NCBI RefSeq assembly: GCF_006345805.1
Contig: NC_042997.1
Location: forward strand, 20,026,001-20,090,000
Direction of reading: 5' to 3'
DNA from: Octopus sinensis
Lineage: Eukaryota
Length of the DNA stretch: 64,000 nucleotides
Shown piece by piece: positions 1-12,224 of the stretch (positions within the stretch are counted from its first letter, which is position 1; the number at the start of each line of letters is the position of its first letter). The notes below the pieces were generated by a model. It did no database searches, had not been told where the DNA came from, and was given only the letters and a program-made list of their open reading frames with translations. The translations under genes were made by a program, and so were the position numbers.

Positions 1-107
1 TTTTAAGCATGTTTTTGCAAATATCTGATAATGCAAACATAGACTTGCCCAAATGCATCAATAAATTAACATTGATATATTTTTCACCATTGTTACAATC
101 ATCTGAA

Positions 108-945
108 ATGGAGCTATCAAAGTACGATATTCAAGCAATTTTGCTATTCAACTTCAAAAAATGACATAAAGCAGCTGAAACTGCTTGTGATATCAACAAA
201 ATGTTTGGTGAGGAAATGACCAGTGAGTGGCCAGCTCAAAAATGGCTTAAACAATTTCGCAGTGGAGACCTGAGCCATGAAGATTGTGAGCATAGTGGAC
301 ACCCATCTGTCATCGATGACAGTCAATTAAAGATTGTCATTGAGAAAGATCCACATAAAACCACTCAAGAAATGGCAAAAGAACTTCAAGTTTGCCTGAA
401 AACTGCTTGCAACCATTTGCATGTGATTGGAAAATCATAAAAGCTCGACATATGGGTACTATATGATTTGAATGAAAATCAGAAAATGCACAGATACAAA
501 ATTTGTTCATTGCTTCTTCTCCGTAACCAGACTGAACCATTTCTCTACTGTATTGTAACTTCTAAGGAAAAGTGGATTCCATACAATAATTTTAAAAAAG
601 CGTTCTTCACAGTGTTTGGACCAAAATGAAGCACCAAAAACCTTCCTTAAACCTTAGCACTTCAAAAGAAGGTTATGGTGGCTGTTAGGTAGTGTTCTAT
701 TGAACTCATCCACTATAACTTCTTAAAACCCAGGAAAACCATTACTGCAGGAACATATTGCCATGAAATTACTAAGTTGAATGAAAAACTGCTACTCTCC
801 ATCCCAGACTGGTCTACAGAAGAGAACCAATTATTCTTCAGGATAATGCTCGACCACGTTTCACTAATGAGGCTCCAGAAGTTGAGGGAACTTGGCTACG
901 AAGTTCTTCCCCACCCAGTTTATTCCCCTGACCTTTCTTCTACAC
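108..945 (+). mobile_element. Degenerate mariner (Hsmar1/cecropia-like) transposase, 3'-truncated
   Basis: ATG at 108, then MELSKYDIQAILLFNFKK*HKAAETACDINKMFGE...KWLKQFRSGDLSHED..SGHPSVIDDSQLKIVIEKDPHKTTQEMAKEL (HTH region), KLDIWVLYDL (WVPHEL-like), IVTSKEKW (IVTCDEKW-like) and LQKLRELGYEVLPHPVYSPDLS (YSPDL motif). Stops and frameshifts present; homology ends right after YSPDLS. Confidence 0.92.
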
Positions 946-1732
946 AGTGTGAAAGAATGAACATATATTGTATTTCTAGAAGGAATAGTACAAAAAAGAA
1001 GAAATTGCTTATAACAATGCTTGACATTCTCAATTAAAATATCAAAATTTAAGATTAATTAATTCGAAAAATTACTGGTTTATCAAAGAAATCATCAGTG
1101 ATTCAGGAAAAGGAAACAGAACTGCTTCAATATGGATAAAAAAAAAGCAAGTAAACAAGCAAAATGAAAAAACTAAGAGTAAAGAACAAATATTCAATAA
1201 TTGCTGCAATGTTGAAGTGATTACAGCTTACCTGAGTTTGTTATAATGGCAGTATGGATGATGGGTAAAAATGTGTGCTATGGTGTTGATCAAAAGAACC
1301 TGACCATTCTCTTGCAATATCCATGTAGCTTGACACTGCTACTGGAGGCGATACTGTTGGAAGGTACTTAAAACATTGGGATCCCCACACAGCTATTGAA
1401 GAATGTCCCATGTATATGAAGCTTTGAGCAAGATGACTAAAAGGAAAGGCTGGTGAGTACTCTGGAAGGATAATGTGATGCTCTGGAAAGATGAGCTGAT
1501 CTCATGTAAAAGTAATATGATAGCCTGCAAAGACAGTAAAACTATGTGAAAAATTCACATAATAAGAAATCTTTCATAGTGTTCTAACGAGAAGGATGCA
1601 TACATCATCCACAAACCTGCCCTTTGAAAGTAACAAATACATGATACAACTCCCGGTGGCCAAAGAGCGGGATAGGACCATGAATGAGATGAAGGTCCAT
1701 TATACAAAAGAAGATTGTGGAGATAGATAACA

Positions 1733-1967
1733 AAGGTAGCGAGCTGGCAGAAACGTTAGCATGCTGGGCGAAATGCTTAGTGGTATTTCGTCTGCTGTTA
1801 CATTCTGGGTTCAAATTCCACCGAGGTCAACTTTGCCTTTCATCCTTTCGGGGTGGATAAATTAAGTACCAGTTACGCGCTGGGGTCGATGTAATCGACT
1901 TAATCCATTTGTCTGTTCTTGTTTGTCCCCTCTATGTTTAGCCCCTTGTGGGCAATAAAGAAATAAG
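1733..1967 (+). mobile_element. tRNA-derived SINE (family A, Meta/Sauria-like core)
   Basis: GAGCTGGCAGAAACGTTAGC head, GTTCAAATTCC B-box, core CTTTGCCTTTCATCCTTTCGGGGT..ATAAATTAAGTACCAG; near-identical to the copy at 59096. Core naming is by recalled resemblance only. Confidence 0.88.
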
Positions 1968-2044
1968 ATAGCAATGTGAGTTGGTAACAGCTAGTAAGGT
2001 GATTGACAGGAACCATAACTATTGAATACTTTATGACCTGCCAC

Positions 2045-2195
2045 CTACAAGTATTAGAAATAGGTGTTGTGATGGCACCATTACTCCATTTCGTCTTATG
2101 ATGGCTATGGAGCTGGTTTCGAGTGGTATAAGAAGTTACTTGGAGGGAGGGAAAGTTAGACGAAACAATTCTTCAGGTTTGATGAGCTAACCCAG
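2045..2195 (+). mobile_element. Short Hero-like non-LTR RT fragment (second subfamily)
   Basis: With one frameshift reads QVLEIGVV/GTITPFRLMMAMELVSSGIRSYLEGG, resembling the recalled Hero RT segment QLEIGIMAGCTISPLAFTMAMEVIIRASKWVVGG. Confidence 0.45.
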
Positions 2196-2429
2196 TACTG
2201 CTGACTGCACATCAAAATCAAAACATGTTGCAGCCTGTATATAATGTCTTGTCCTCACATTATCCCCAGTTCAATTCTCACTTGGATACTGGACAGGAAA
2301 TAATTAAAGCCAAAGTGAAGTGTTGCCTATTTCCTATTGACAACTGAGGTCTTGCAAGGAGATGTGAAGTGTGGTATTACTGACATGGTCTTTTACTAAT
2401 AGAAACATTTCTAAGAAAGGGCAAAAGCC

Positions 2430-3780
2430 AAATCATTGAAATATCTTAGGAATCATAACTGGTTGCAGAAATTTCCCCATCCATTTTATCACTGGAAAGA
2501 ATCTTCTCATAACAGCTGCTGTTAAAGAAGTCCAAGGAGCAACAGTAGAACCAGGCAGTCAACAACATCCAATAAGGAGTTTCATGCATAATCTTAGCGA
2601 CATCCAGAACCCATGTGGGGTGGAACAGGTGCTGACTCCACTTGAACACATGGCAACATGAGCTAGAATGAAGTTTAAACCCCCAAAATCTAGTAGTATG
2701 GTGAGGAGAGGCAAATTAATAAATAGAACCAAGCTGCAAGTGCAAGGAGAGAGGCTATTCCATCAATAGAGGAAAGTACAACAAAATGCCTTGAAAAGAG
2801 CTTGACATTTCACTCTTAGACAGAGACAATGCCACCAATACAGAGAAACCAGCAGATGAGTGGCTGAGGATGACTGAAAGATGAGGGCTTTCAGGAAAAT
2901 ACAAGGCATGGCTCCACCAATATGAACAGCTTACAAGACTCATATGATTATTGACAGTATATGAGAGTCCAATGATAAGAGTAGAAAGTGGAGAGGATGG
3001 TTAACAAGTACCTCCAAAGGTGGCCAGGAGTCCCTCCAATCCTCACTTCAGTAGACCTGTACATAAAATCTGGACAGCTCCAACTTCCTCTGTCATCCAC
3101 CATGATGGAGGAATTCAAGGTTGTAAAATGTAGAGTCATAATGATGCACAGTTACTCCTAAGCTGGGGATGATGGACATGCAGGTATCACAACTAGATCC
3201 AGGTAAAAGTGGTTGGTCAGCATCAATGTTGCACTGGATGAAAGCATCCTGAAGCTACTCAACATCACTGGAATAACATGCAGAGAATGGTATGGTCTTG
3301 GTTTTTCCATTTCCATTAATGAAAGAAAGTGGATATCAAGTAGAGGAGAGCTATGATCCAGGCAGAAATACAGAACCAGGAGGATGAGAGGTCATCAGCT
3401 GCAGTGCTGGTATCTCATGGAACCTTTACTAAATGCAACTTCTCTAAAAGGAAGACCATGTATCTCCTTTCTGCTGCAAGTGGTGTATGACACACTCTCA
3501 ACACCAACAAACCCGCACAAATGGGGTTTGAAGGGAAACAGTTGTGCAGACTTAGTGGAAAATGGGGCACACATGCACACATCTTATCAGAGTGCAAAAT
3601 GGTACATACTCAAGGGAAATACAAGTGACACCATGACAAGTTGCTTGCAACATTCACACCCTAGAACAAAAAAGGCTTAAGAAACACCATCAGCAGTGAA
3701 AAACATCAGTAGCAATCTATTTCATGAAAGGAAGAAAAAGCAAGTGAGGAGAGCAAGAAGAACAAATAGTCAACTACATG
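2430..3780 (+). mobile_element. Degenerate Hero-clade (REL-endonuclease) LINE: RT domains 4-7 through zinc knuckle
   Basis: Broken frames give LGIITGC, QHPIRSFMHNL (IRGFMDDL-like), ARMKFKPPKS, KYKAWLHQ, SVDLYIKSGQLQLPLSS..EEFKVVKCR, AGITTRSR, RRAMIQAEI, ISFLLQVVYDTL.TPTNPHKWGL. Confidence 0.85.
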
Positions 3781-4769
3781 AGATACATTCGTTGGGGGTA
3801 TGAGAGTAGGTTATAACTTCTTAAAACCTTGTTTTGGGGAAATGTGGAAATGTTCCTATATGAAACTGCTACACACCATACAAAACTCGACCAAATCAGA
3901 AGAAAAAAGTTCTACTTTAATATTTTCTCATAAATCAATGAATTAGAAGCATTTGAAAAAATATTATTTTTACCTTAGAAGAATTTCCAAATTTCTTTTT
4001 ATTTTTACCTGAAGTGTAGCAGTTCAAAGTAGCGTATTTAAGCGAAGTAAATATGCTAGTTTGAAAAACTAATGCTCATGGGAAAAAGCCTTTAATAAAG
4101 TCTTCAAGTTTAGGAAATTTCCTTTTGAATACTTGTAAGGTATCATTTTATGAAAAAAATATATAATTTAAATGCTATAAAAATGTTTCTTAGATGCAAA
4201 AATTCTGAATTCAAAATATTCCGTTATGCTTCAATAGGAAATTGTTTAAGTGTGTGTGGAAAGTTTATCATGATTACATCATAGTTAAATTTATGAAGAT
4301 AAGAGAATTCAATTTTCCAGAAAAGTTTTGGCATTTTAGAACTAATAAATATTATCTCATTAGAACTTAGCTCGAAGGAAATTCGTTTCAGCCATTAAAT
4401 ATGTCCCTAGTGTAATTATTACTGAAGCACAATGATTATCCACAATAATTACGCTAACTAATCATTGTAAATATCCATATAAACCATTTCTTGAATCAGC
4501 ATACATCAGTGAATAGTTTGACTTGAATATTTGCTATTTCGTATGAGCTGATTCTAATTCCAATGTGAACCGATTGGATGAAACAGTAACCTATTTGTTA
4601 TATTGTCACTCAACTGCTTTCCTATAACGGTTTTTGTTAATGGCATCAGTGTTGTATAGTATTACATATATATGTGTATACATCCCACCAATAGTGCTCC
4701 CTTTCACAATATTCATCTATCTCACCCCTTCCTCTCCTTTCTCCAGCTCACCACTTCTACTTCACCCTC

Positions 4770-5772
4770 CAATCCTGCAAAAGGCTTTTATACTTGGCAT
4801 GCTTCAATTGAAAGACTTGATCTTATCCTTCTTGCCAAAGGAGTGTAAGCTTGATCAAGTTATTTCCCTTGTCTTTTCAGATCATAAAACTACATCTGGC
4901 CTCAGGGTTGTATGGACAAACTGGAGAAGTGTAGTCTTTCCTCTAGGTCTACTTTTACATACCATGATTGTTGTTTGTTCCTTCTTGAGCCATGGCTGGC
5001 TCATAAGGGTCGGTTTCCCAGTTTCCTTGGTGTATAGGTTCCCCACCTGGATGAGACGCCAATCCATTGCAGGTGAGCTGCAAGATGCAGGAGGAAAGAG
5101 TGAGAGAAAGTTGTGCTGGAGGAGTCAGCAGAAGTTCACCATTACCTTTTGCCGGATCCGCGTGGAGCTTAGGTGTTTCACTCATAAACACACACATCGC
5201 CCGGTCTGAGATTCGAACACGCAGTCCCTTGACCACGAGTCCGCTGCTCTAACCACTAGGCCATGTGCCTCCATACCATGATTGCACCCCCATGCAGTAG
5301 ACTATTTGTCCTTCTTGCTGTCTTTACTAGCTTTCTCTCCTCCTTTTATGAACTTGATTGTTGCCGTTGTTTTCAACTGCTGATGGTGTTTCTTGAGCCT
5401 TTCTTGCTCCAAGGTGTGAGTGAGTGTTGCAAGCAACTTGTCATGGTGACACTTGAATCTCCCTTGAGTAAGTGCCATTTTGCACCCTGATAAGATGCGT
5501 GCCGAGGTTCCTCTTTCTTCACAAAGTCTACACAGCTGGTTCCCTTCAAACCCCATTTGTGCAGTTTTGTTGGCATAAGGTGTATGTCATACACTACCTG
5601 TAGCAGGAAGGAAATATAGGGAGGTCCTTGTCTCTACAGGTTTGTCCATGACCTTCTTCATGGAGAGATTGTATTTAGACTAGGTTTCCTGAGATACCAG
5701 TTCCACAACTCTTCACCTTTTTCTTTCTTCCTCCTGGATACATACTTCTGCTTGGATCATGGACCTCCTCTA
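4770..5772 (-). mobile_element. Hero-clade LINE 3' fragment (zinc knuckle + REL endonuclease), interrupted by a SINE
   Basis: ORF 5302-5556 CRLCEERGTSARILSGCKMALTQGRFKCHHDKLL (degenerate CCHC knuckle). Beyond the SINE: VHTTLRPDVVL..IKLTLLWQEG..KHAKYKSLLQDW (PD-(D/E)xK REL motif). Confidence 0.88.
4971..5271 (-). mobile_element. tRNA-derived SINE (family C) with 13-bp TSD
   Basis: A-box TGGCCTAGTGG, B-box GTTCGAATC; flanked by direct repeat CATACCATGATTG at 4958-4970 and 5272-5284; close relative at 56140-56437. Confidence 0.92.
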
Positions 5773-5789
5773 CACATGCAAACACACAC

Positions 5790-5796
5790 ACGTATG

Positions 5797-5850
<54 letters not shown>

Positions 5851-5855
5851 TATAT
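5790..5855. repeat. (TA)n(CA)n microsatellite
   Basis: Read directly from the sequence. Confidence 0.95.
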
Positions 5856-6239
5856 ATTTCCTATTTGTATAGCTTTCTTTTCTCTTGAGAATACATACCT
5901 ATGTTTCAATAAATCTGAATATTATTTATCCTTTTTATAAAACAATAGGCAATGTATATGTATTGAACAAAATTTAATACAATTTATGATTTGCACTAAA
6001 GTGTTACCCATCGCACAACAGGTAACTTTGGAAGAATACTCTTGACACTATGAGTAATATCAGGAAATATAAAATACAGGCAAAAATTATAATTTAATTG
6101 TTATCAAATTTTTTAGTGCTTATGAGATTAATACCAGTTTTTGAAAGAAAAATGTTTATTACTTTAAAATAAAATAAAATAATGTTCTATGAAAGTTTTC
6201 CTTCTTCCTCCCTCTTTTCTCTCTCCACACACAGACACA

Positions 6240-6275
<36 letters not shown>

Positions 6276-8606
6276 GTGCATGCACATACATATTCTAGCT
6301 TGTCTTTCTCTTCTGTCTATGTTACTTTCTCACTCACTGTGTGAAGTATTCATTTACTCATTGTCTGCCACGAAGCCTAGCATTTGTGCTCATCCTGTAC
6401 CCCTTATATTAACCCCCTTTCAATCTCCCTTCTCCTCTCTCTATAATGTATAGCATAACTGTCACCAGCTAATCAAGAAGTCAACCAACCAACCAACCAA
6501 CTAACATTCATATCAAGTGTTAAAAATCGCATTAATATATTCCTTATTGCAGTTGTGTGGACAGCACTATTCCAAAAGCAATGAAAACAATTGATTTTTA
6601 AACTTTGTAATCGCCATATTTTAGAATATCAAGGATTATTTTATCCAGTCTGTCCATATAATGTGAAAGCTGGGTCATTTGAGAGAAGTTTAGCTCTTAT
6701 TTTTCAGAGGTCAAGCAATTACACTGAAGCTGCTTTCCCTTGATTTTAGCCCCCAAATGTCATAAGCTCAGTATTGTTTGGCATGCATCCATGTTGAATA
6801 TGCAAAAAGAAAAATGAGTCTACATATTTCTTGAAGATTAGTATTGGGTAGGTGTAGGTTTTCCAAAAGCCAGGATTTGAATTGTGATTAGAAAAATCGG
6901 AATTTTGCAAAAAATTCTTTTTCTTGAAATCCTAATCATAATTTAGTGAAGCATGTAACTCACCAAAATATTTCCAAGGAAAGTTAAAAACAAAAAAATC
7001 TGTAAGCTTTATTTCTTTATTTATTAATTCATTTTTGTTTTAAAATTGTAATCTCCATTCCCGAAAAGAAGAATCCAAAGGAATTCTTAAAAAACAGAAT
7101 CATGGGAGTGGATGGATCCCTGTTATACCTTGAAAAACAAAAATAATACTTAAAACGAAAGATGAGATGGTCATGGTTAGAAATCCATAGTTTTGTTGAA
7201 ATTTTATATACAGGAAACATATTTTTAGTGCCTATAAATTGGACTGGGAAGTATTCGAAAAATTCTTTTTCTGAACTGTTAAGTGTAAGAAGTTCTATTT
7301 AACCTTACAACACTTCCCAGCCCCTAAAAGAACATAAATGTTAAAAAAGAACTTTAGTCATATGGAAGAAAATTAAATCAAAATGCACAAACATTTATCA
7401 CATGATGACAGCAACAGCACTCAAGCTGCTCCATTCAGATTAGTAGGAAAGATTTCCGTGTAATTTTCCGTAAATATAAATGGATTATTAATTGGAAAGT
7501 ACTGGAGAAAGCTTTACAAAGAATATGAAGGAATTTGATAAACTTGACTGAAAATATTAATTCAGCATATAACAAAAAGATTAAAAGATGGCGACATGAA
7601 TCCCATTAAAGATATTTAATGTTTTACTGTATGGTTTTAATATACGTTTTATAATAATCACAATACTTAGAAATTTATTCTTCATGACACAAACACATTT
7701 CTTTGTTGATTTTCCTTCTTTCTGTATATTTACTTTTATCTAAGCAATATATAGAAAAGTGTGCATCTCACCAGAAGATTTACTTGTTTACAGAGCTATG
7801 ATATAAAACATACTTGCTTCTGTCAGACATTATACACAAAGTCAAATATATATATATAAGATATATATATATATAGAAGATATAGTATGATACAAGAGAA
7901 AACGATAATGTGTGTAGTACAAAGTTATAAATGAATGACAGTGCAATAGTATGATGAAAATTTATTTAACAATAAGAAAATTCAAATACCATACCAAATT
8001 GTTTTGTAACATAAAGCATGTAAATATAATATATATTATTATATTTAATAAAAAATAAATTACATGTCTTCAGTAATGCAAAATGCTAAAAATCTTTTAA
8101 AACAATGCAGAAATTTGCTATATTCTAATCTACTATAATAAATTACTTTACTCTTATCCTACATTAAAACCTATTCTTTATTTACTTATAAATTTGAAAC
8201 TTTAATCTTTAATTTAATGTTGTTCATATTTTTCTTATTGATATCTAACTCTAACTCTGTATTTCATAAACTCTATCTCTATGAAGGTTGAATATATGAT
8301 TTTCCTCTTCTTATACCAAAATAATTATCTTAATAAATCTCCCTTCTCATCTTAGAAAACTGTCTCAGCTTACTGCCTTTGACGAACTTAATACCATGAA
8401 GCAGTATCAGAAAAATAAATAACCCAAGTTTGACTTGGTGGACTTTCAGAGGGAAAGTGATTTTTTTAAAACAAATTTGCATATTAAAACATTGAATTAA
8501 ATTCTATAGATTCTTTAACCTCTTTCTTAATCCTGATTTTTAATTTCTCATCTATTTTGAGGTATGTAAAATTATTTTAATTAATATGGGCTGCAAGAAG
8601 CACCTT

Positions 8607-8810
8607 CATCATCATCATCATCATCACCGTTTAACATCCATTTTTCCATGCTGACATGAGCTGGATGGTTTGACATGAGCCAATGCACCAGAGGTCTGTC
8701 CCAAGCACCAATCACAGCTTTGACAATGGTTTCTATGGCCAGATGCCCTTTCTAATGCTAACCACTTCACAAAGTGTAAGGGATGCCTTTTACATAGTAC
8801 AAGCATGAGG
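8607..8810 (-). mobile_element. Short RTE-tail-type repeat
   Basis: (CAT)n followed by CGTTTAACATCC..CCATGCT and GATGCCCTTTCTAATGC, matching the 3' end of the RTE LINE at 49252. Confidence 0.7.
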
Positions 8811-10080
8811 GAGTAACTTGCACTATATGTCCCCCTGAACTAAGGGTATTTAATGTTGAGGGAGGTGACTCTATGCCAGATGATGAGAGATTAAAGTATG
8901 ATGGAAGATAGGATCCAGTGTCTTGCAGTAAAGGAGATACAAAGTTACTCTAGTTAGAAAAGGAAATGATGGGGAAGAAATGTTAAGATGTACCCTAAAG
9001 TTATAGGAAGGTGAACATGAGAGAACAACTTTCAGAAAATTAGACAAAGTGAATGGATAGGTAAGACTGAGAGTGTGAAAGGAGGATGGTGGAGGGATAG
9101 AGATGGGGACCGAGATGAATGTAGGAATAGGGTGAAGGAAATGGGATTGAGGTGATAGGTGGCAGCATATGATGTGGAATGTGGGCAGCATGCTAGAGAT
9201 GCATAATGCCTGGAATGAGATCAGTAGCACATAGGATGACAAATATAAGCAGTAACGACTGCTTTTGATAAAATGAGCAGGAATACAGAAGAGTGGGGAT
9301 GAAAATACAGTAAATTATTTTGGTGGGGGTCATCTGTTGTTTTTCTTTTAATCTAATCACTGATGTAACTCTTAACTAAACATTTTTTTAAAGCAATGCT
9401 AAAAGCCTGATGTTCCTGCCTAAAAACTTCCTGAGTTGAAATAATGGTCTATTTCAATTTAGACCTTATGCTTCTTACTGCTCACGTAACATAAAACTAA
9501 CCTCATGATTAAACAGATTATGACACCTACAATATGTTATTTTGAGCTTCCTAGTATCTGCTTTTGATAAGAAAAAATTTAAATCAATGAATTACTTCTT
9601 GCATTTTTCCACTTACTACTTAAGAAATGCTATGGACTGAAAAGAATTCACTGAAATATGTTATAAAAAGGTTATCTAAAAACTTTTTATAGTTATAATA
9701 AGTTTTAGTTTCATTCAAAACTTGAGATAAATGTATACATGTAAGTAACATTCCAATATCAAGATTATTAAAAGAATTAACATTTCAGCTTGTGAAGCTA
9801 ACAAATAAATAATTTGTCATTATGGACATTGACAAACTGAAAGCTTTAAGTCAAGGACAACACCAGCAAAAGTAAAAGCTAATAAATTACTGATGAAAAT
9901 CCTCCCAAAAAGGTGGAAATATTTTTCTTAACTGGAAACAAGCTGTGACACTCCAAAATCACACATTTTATTTGTATTCTGCTGAAATTGAAAGGGTCTT
10001 TCTAATTTGATTGTTAACAGCAGTATTTTCATAAGCTCAACAGATTGTTTTCTGGAATGAATATGGAGAAGACATTGCAA

Positions 10081-10532
10081 CAGGGCTGGATTAAGACCCA
10101 TGGTGGCCCTAAGCACTTAAAAGGTTTTGGTGTCCTCAAGTATATATAAATGGTTCAAACTGTAAACAAAAATAATTCAAAATGTAAATGATAATAAACC
10201 ATAAAAGAAATTTTAATTTTTCAAAATGAAACAAAATTTACTGTAAGACGGGAAATAATGTTAATTTTTGTATGCTTCTATTTTACTTATACTTGGAAAG
10301 TTTTCTCCTTCGTTTTTTTTTTAATTGCAAAGCGTTCGGTGATGTCGTTAAAATTAGTTTTACATAAAACTTCTGCTTCTATACTTAGTAGAGATAAGGC
10401 CTTAAGAAAATTATTCTAGAAAGTTTAAAATAATTTCTTTCAAGCCGTAAACCATTTTCATTTCTGTAGTGCCCCTGTCCCTTGATGCCTTAAGCATGTG
10501 CTTATTTTGCTGAATGGGTTAATCCAGTACTG
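10081..10532. mobile_element. hAT-type MITE
   Basis: Imperfect TIRs CAGGGCTGGATTAA / TTAATCCAGTACTG and exact 8-bp TSD CATTGCAA (10073-10080, 10533-10540). Confidence 0.88.
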
Positions 10533-11072
10533 CATTGCAAGACATACAGGTGCTAACCATTATGAAATAAATGATTTTTCCTGTTACTAAAGATAGACAA
10601 GGAGCAAAGTTTTGAGTTTATATATTTTATGTTGCTTGACAAAACAATAAATAAATAAATAAATAGACAAATAAATAAATAAATAAATAATAAAAATTCT
10701 TGGTTTCAATTAATGTTAGCTTTTCCAATAACACCAAATGAATGCTTTTCATGCTATAGGATGTTGAGAAAACATCTATGATAAAACCTTGGGGAGATTT
10801 TAGTAATTATATTGCCTTGCATTTATGCACCTATGTCTCATCTGTCCAAGTTATTTGTAATAGAGTAATGTTCTAATCAAAAGTGAAGACAGTTTGAGGT
10901 ACAATCACTTTTCCTTTTTTCATTATCTGAAATTACAACTTGTAAACACATTTCAGGTATTCATGAATTCTTAGCTAAAGTCATTTGTCATTTAATTACT
11001 TACATCTTTTTAAATAAATTTAACTTGGGTGAAAAATCAGTTCTTAAATACAATTATCATGTTATGAAAATA

Positions 11073-11395
11073 GGCACAGGAGTGGTTGTGTGGTAAGAAG
11101 CTTAGACTCAGGCCGACCAAAGCCTTGTAAGTGGATTTGGTAGGTGGAAACTGAAAGAAGCCTGTTGTACGTATGTGTGTGTGTGTGTGTATTTGTATGT
11201 GTGTCTGTGTTTGTCACCCCACCATCGCTTGACACCTGATGTTAGTGTGTTTACGTCCCTGTAACTTAGTGGTTCAGCAAAAATGACTGATAGAATAAGT
11301 ACCAGGCTTACAAAGAATGTCCTGGGGTCGACTTGTTTGACTAAAGGCGGTGCTCTAGCATGGCCACAGTCAAATGACTGAAACAAGTAAAAGAA
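11073..11395 (+). mobile_element. SINE family B with a deletion in the head
   Basis: GGCACAGGAGTGGTTGTGTGGTAAG start, GGCCGACCAAAGCCTTG..GAAACTGAAAGAAGCC core, CAAATGACTGAAACAAGTAAAAGA tail; the B-box segment seen in other copies is missing. Confidence 0.88.
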
Positions 11396-12065
11396 TGCTG
11401 GCATGGGTCAGACGGTTTGACTGAGGTCTGGCAAACCAATAGGCTGCACCAGACTCCAATCTGATCTGGCAATGTTTCTATAGCTGGATGTCCTTCCTAA
11501 CGCCAACCACTCCAAGAGCACAGTGGGTGCTTTTTACATGCCGCTGGCACAGGAGCTAGTCAGGGGACACTGGCATCGACCATATTTGGATGATGCTTTT
11601 TATATGCTGCCAGCACAGGAGCCAGCCAGATGGCACCAACATTGACCATTTTGGATGGTGCTTTTTATGTGCCAGTCAGGGGACACTGACATCAACCACA
11701 TTCAGATGGTACTTTTTACATACTACCAACACAGGCTCCAGTCAGAGGGCACTAGCATCGACCCTGTTCACATGGTGCTTTTTATGTTCCACTGGCACGG
11801 GGTATCAGTCAGGCAGCACTAGCATCGACCCATGCTCAAATGGTGCTTATTACATGCCACCAACATGGGTACCAGTCAGGTGGCACTGACCACGACTATG
11901 ATTTTGATTTCACTTGACTCAACAGGTCTTCTTAAGCACATTGTATCACCAAATGCTTCAAGGGTATGTTTAAATGGGCCAGTCGTGCAACACTGGCATG
12001 AGCCATGGCTGTGATTTCACTTTACTTGCCAGGTCTTCTCAATCACAGCATATCTCCAAAGGTCT
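11396..12065 (-). mobile_element. RTE 3'-UTR-type repeat with an internal tandem array
   Basis: CTGGATGTCCTTCCTAACGCCAACCACTCC shared with the RTE 3' UTR at 49.3-49.6 kb; six degenerate units starting GTGCTTTTTA at about 11527-11900. Confidence 0.8.
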
Positions 12066-12224
12066 CAGTCAGGCTTCTTTCAGTTTCTGTCTACCAAATC
12101 CTCTCACAAGGCTTTGGTCGGCTCATGGCTATAGTAGAAAACATTTACCCAAGGTGTCATGCAGTGGGACTGAACCTGGAACCATGGGGTTGGGAAGCAA
12201 GCTTCTTACCACACAGCCACTCCT
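12066..12224 (-). mobile_element. SINE family B head half
   Basis: Reverse complement of the family B 5' region, with B-box GGTTCAGTCCC. Confidence 0.85.

Noticed and set aside
5190-5271. tRNA-like sequences (also 19520-19582, 53830-53892, 56370-56437)
   Set aside because: A/B boxes are present but there is no complete cloverleaf or acceptor stem; they continue into SINE bodies.
8860-9250. 123-aa pyrimidine-rich minus ORF (and a similar one at 13367-13588), faintly like a Penelope RT C-terminus
   Set aside because: Low complexity; the similarity is too weak to call.
9928-10010. KMCDFGVSQLVSS resembling a MAP2K activation-segment motif (CDFGVS.QLV)
   Set aside because: Stop codon follows immediately, no donor site, one residue is missing relative to kinases, no other kinase exons were found, and the upstream part of the ORF runs into a hAT MITE.
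11527-11935. Repeat-spacer-like array suggestive of CRISPR
   Set aside because: Units are degenerate along their whole length, lack unique spacers, derive from the RTE 3' UTR, and there are no cas genes in this eukaryotic context.
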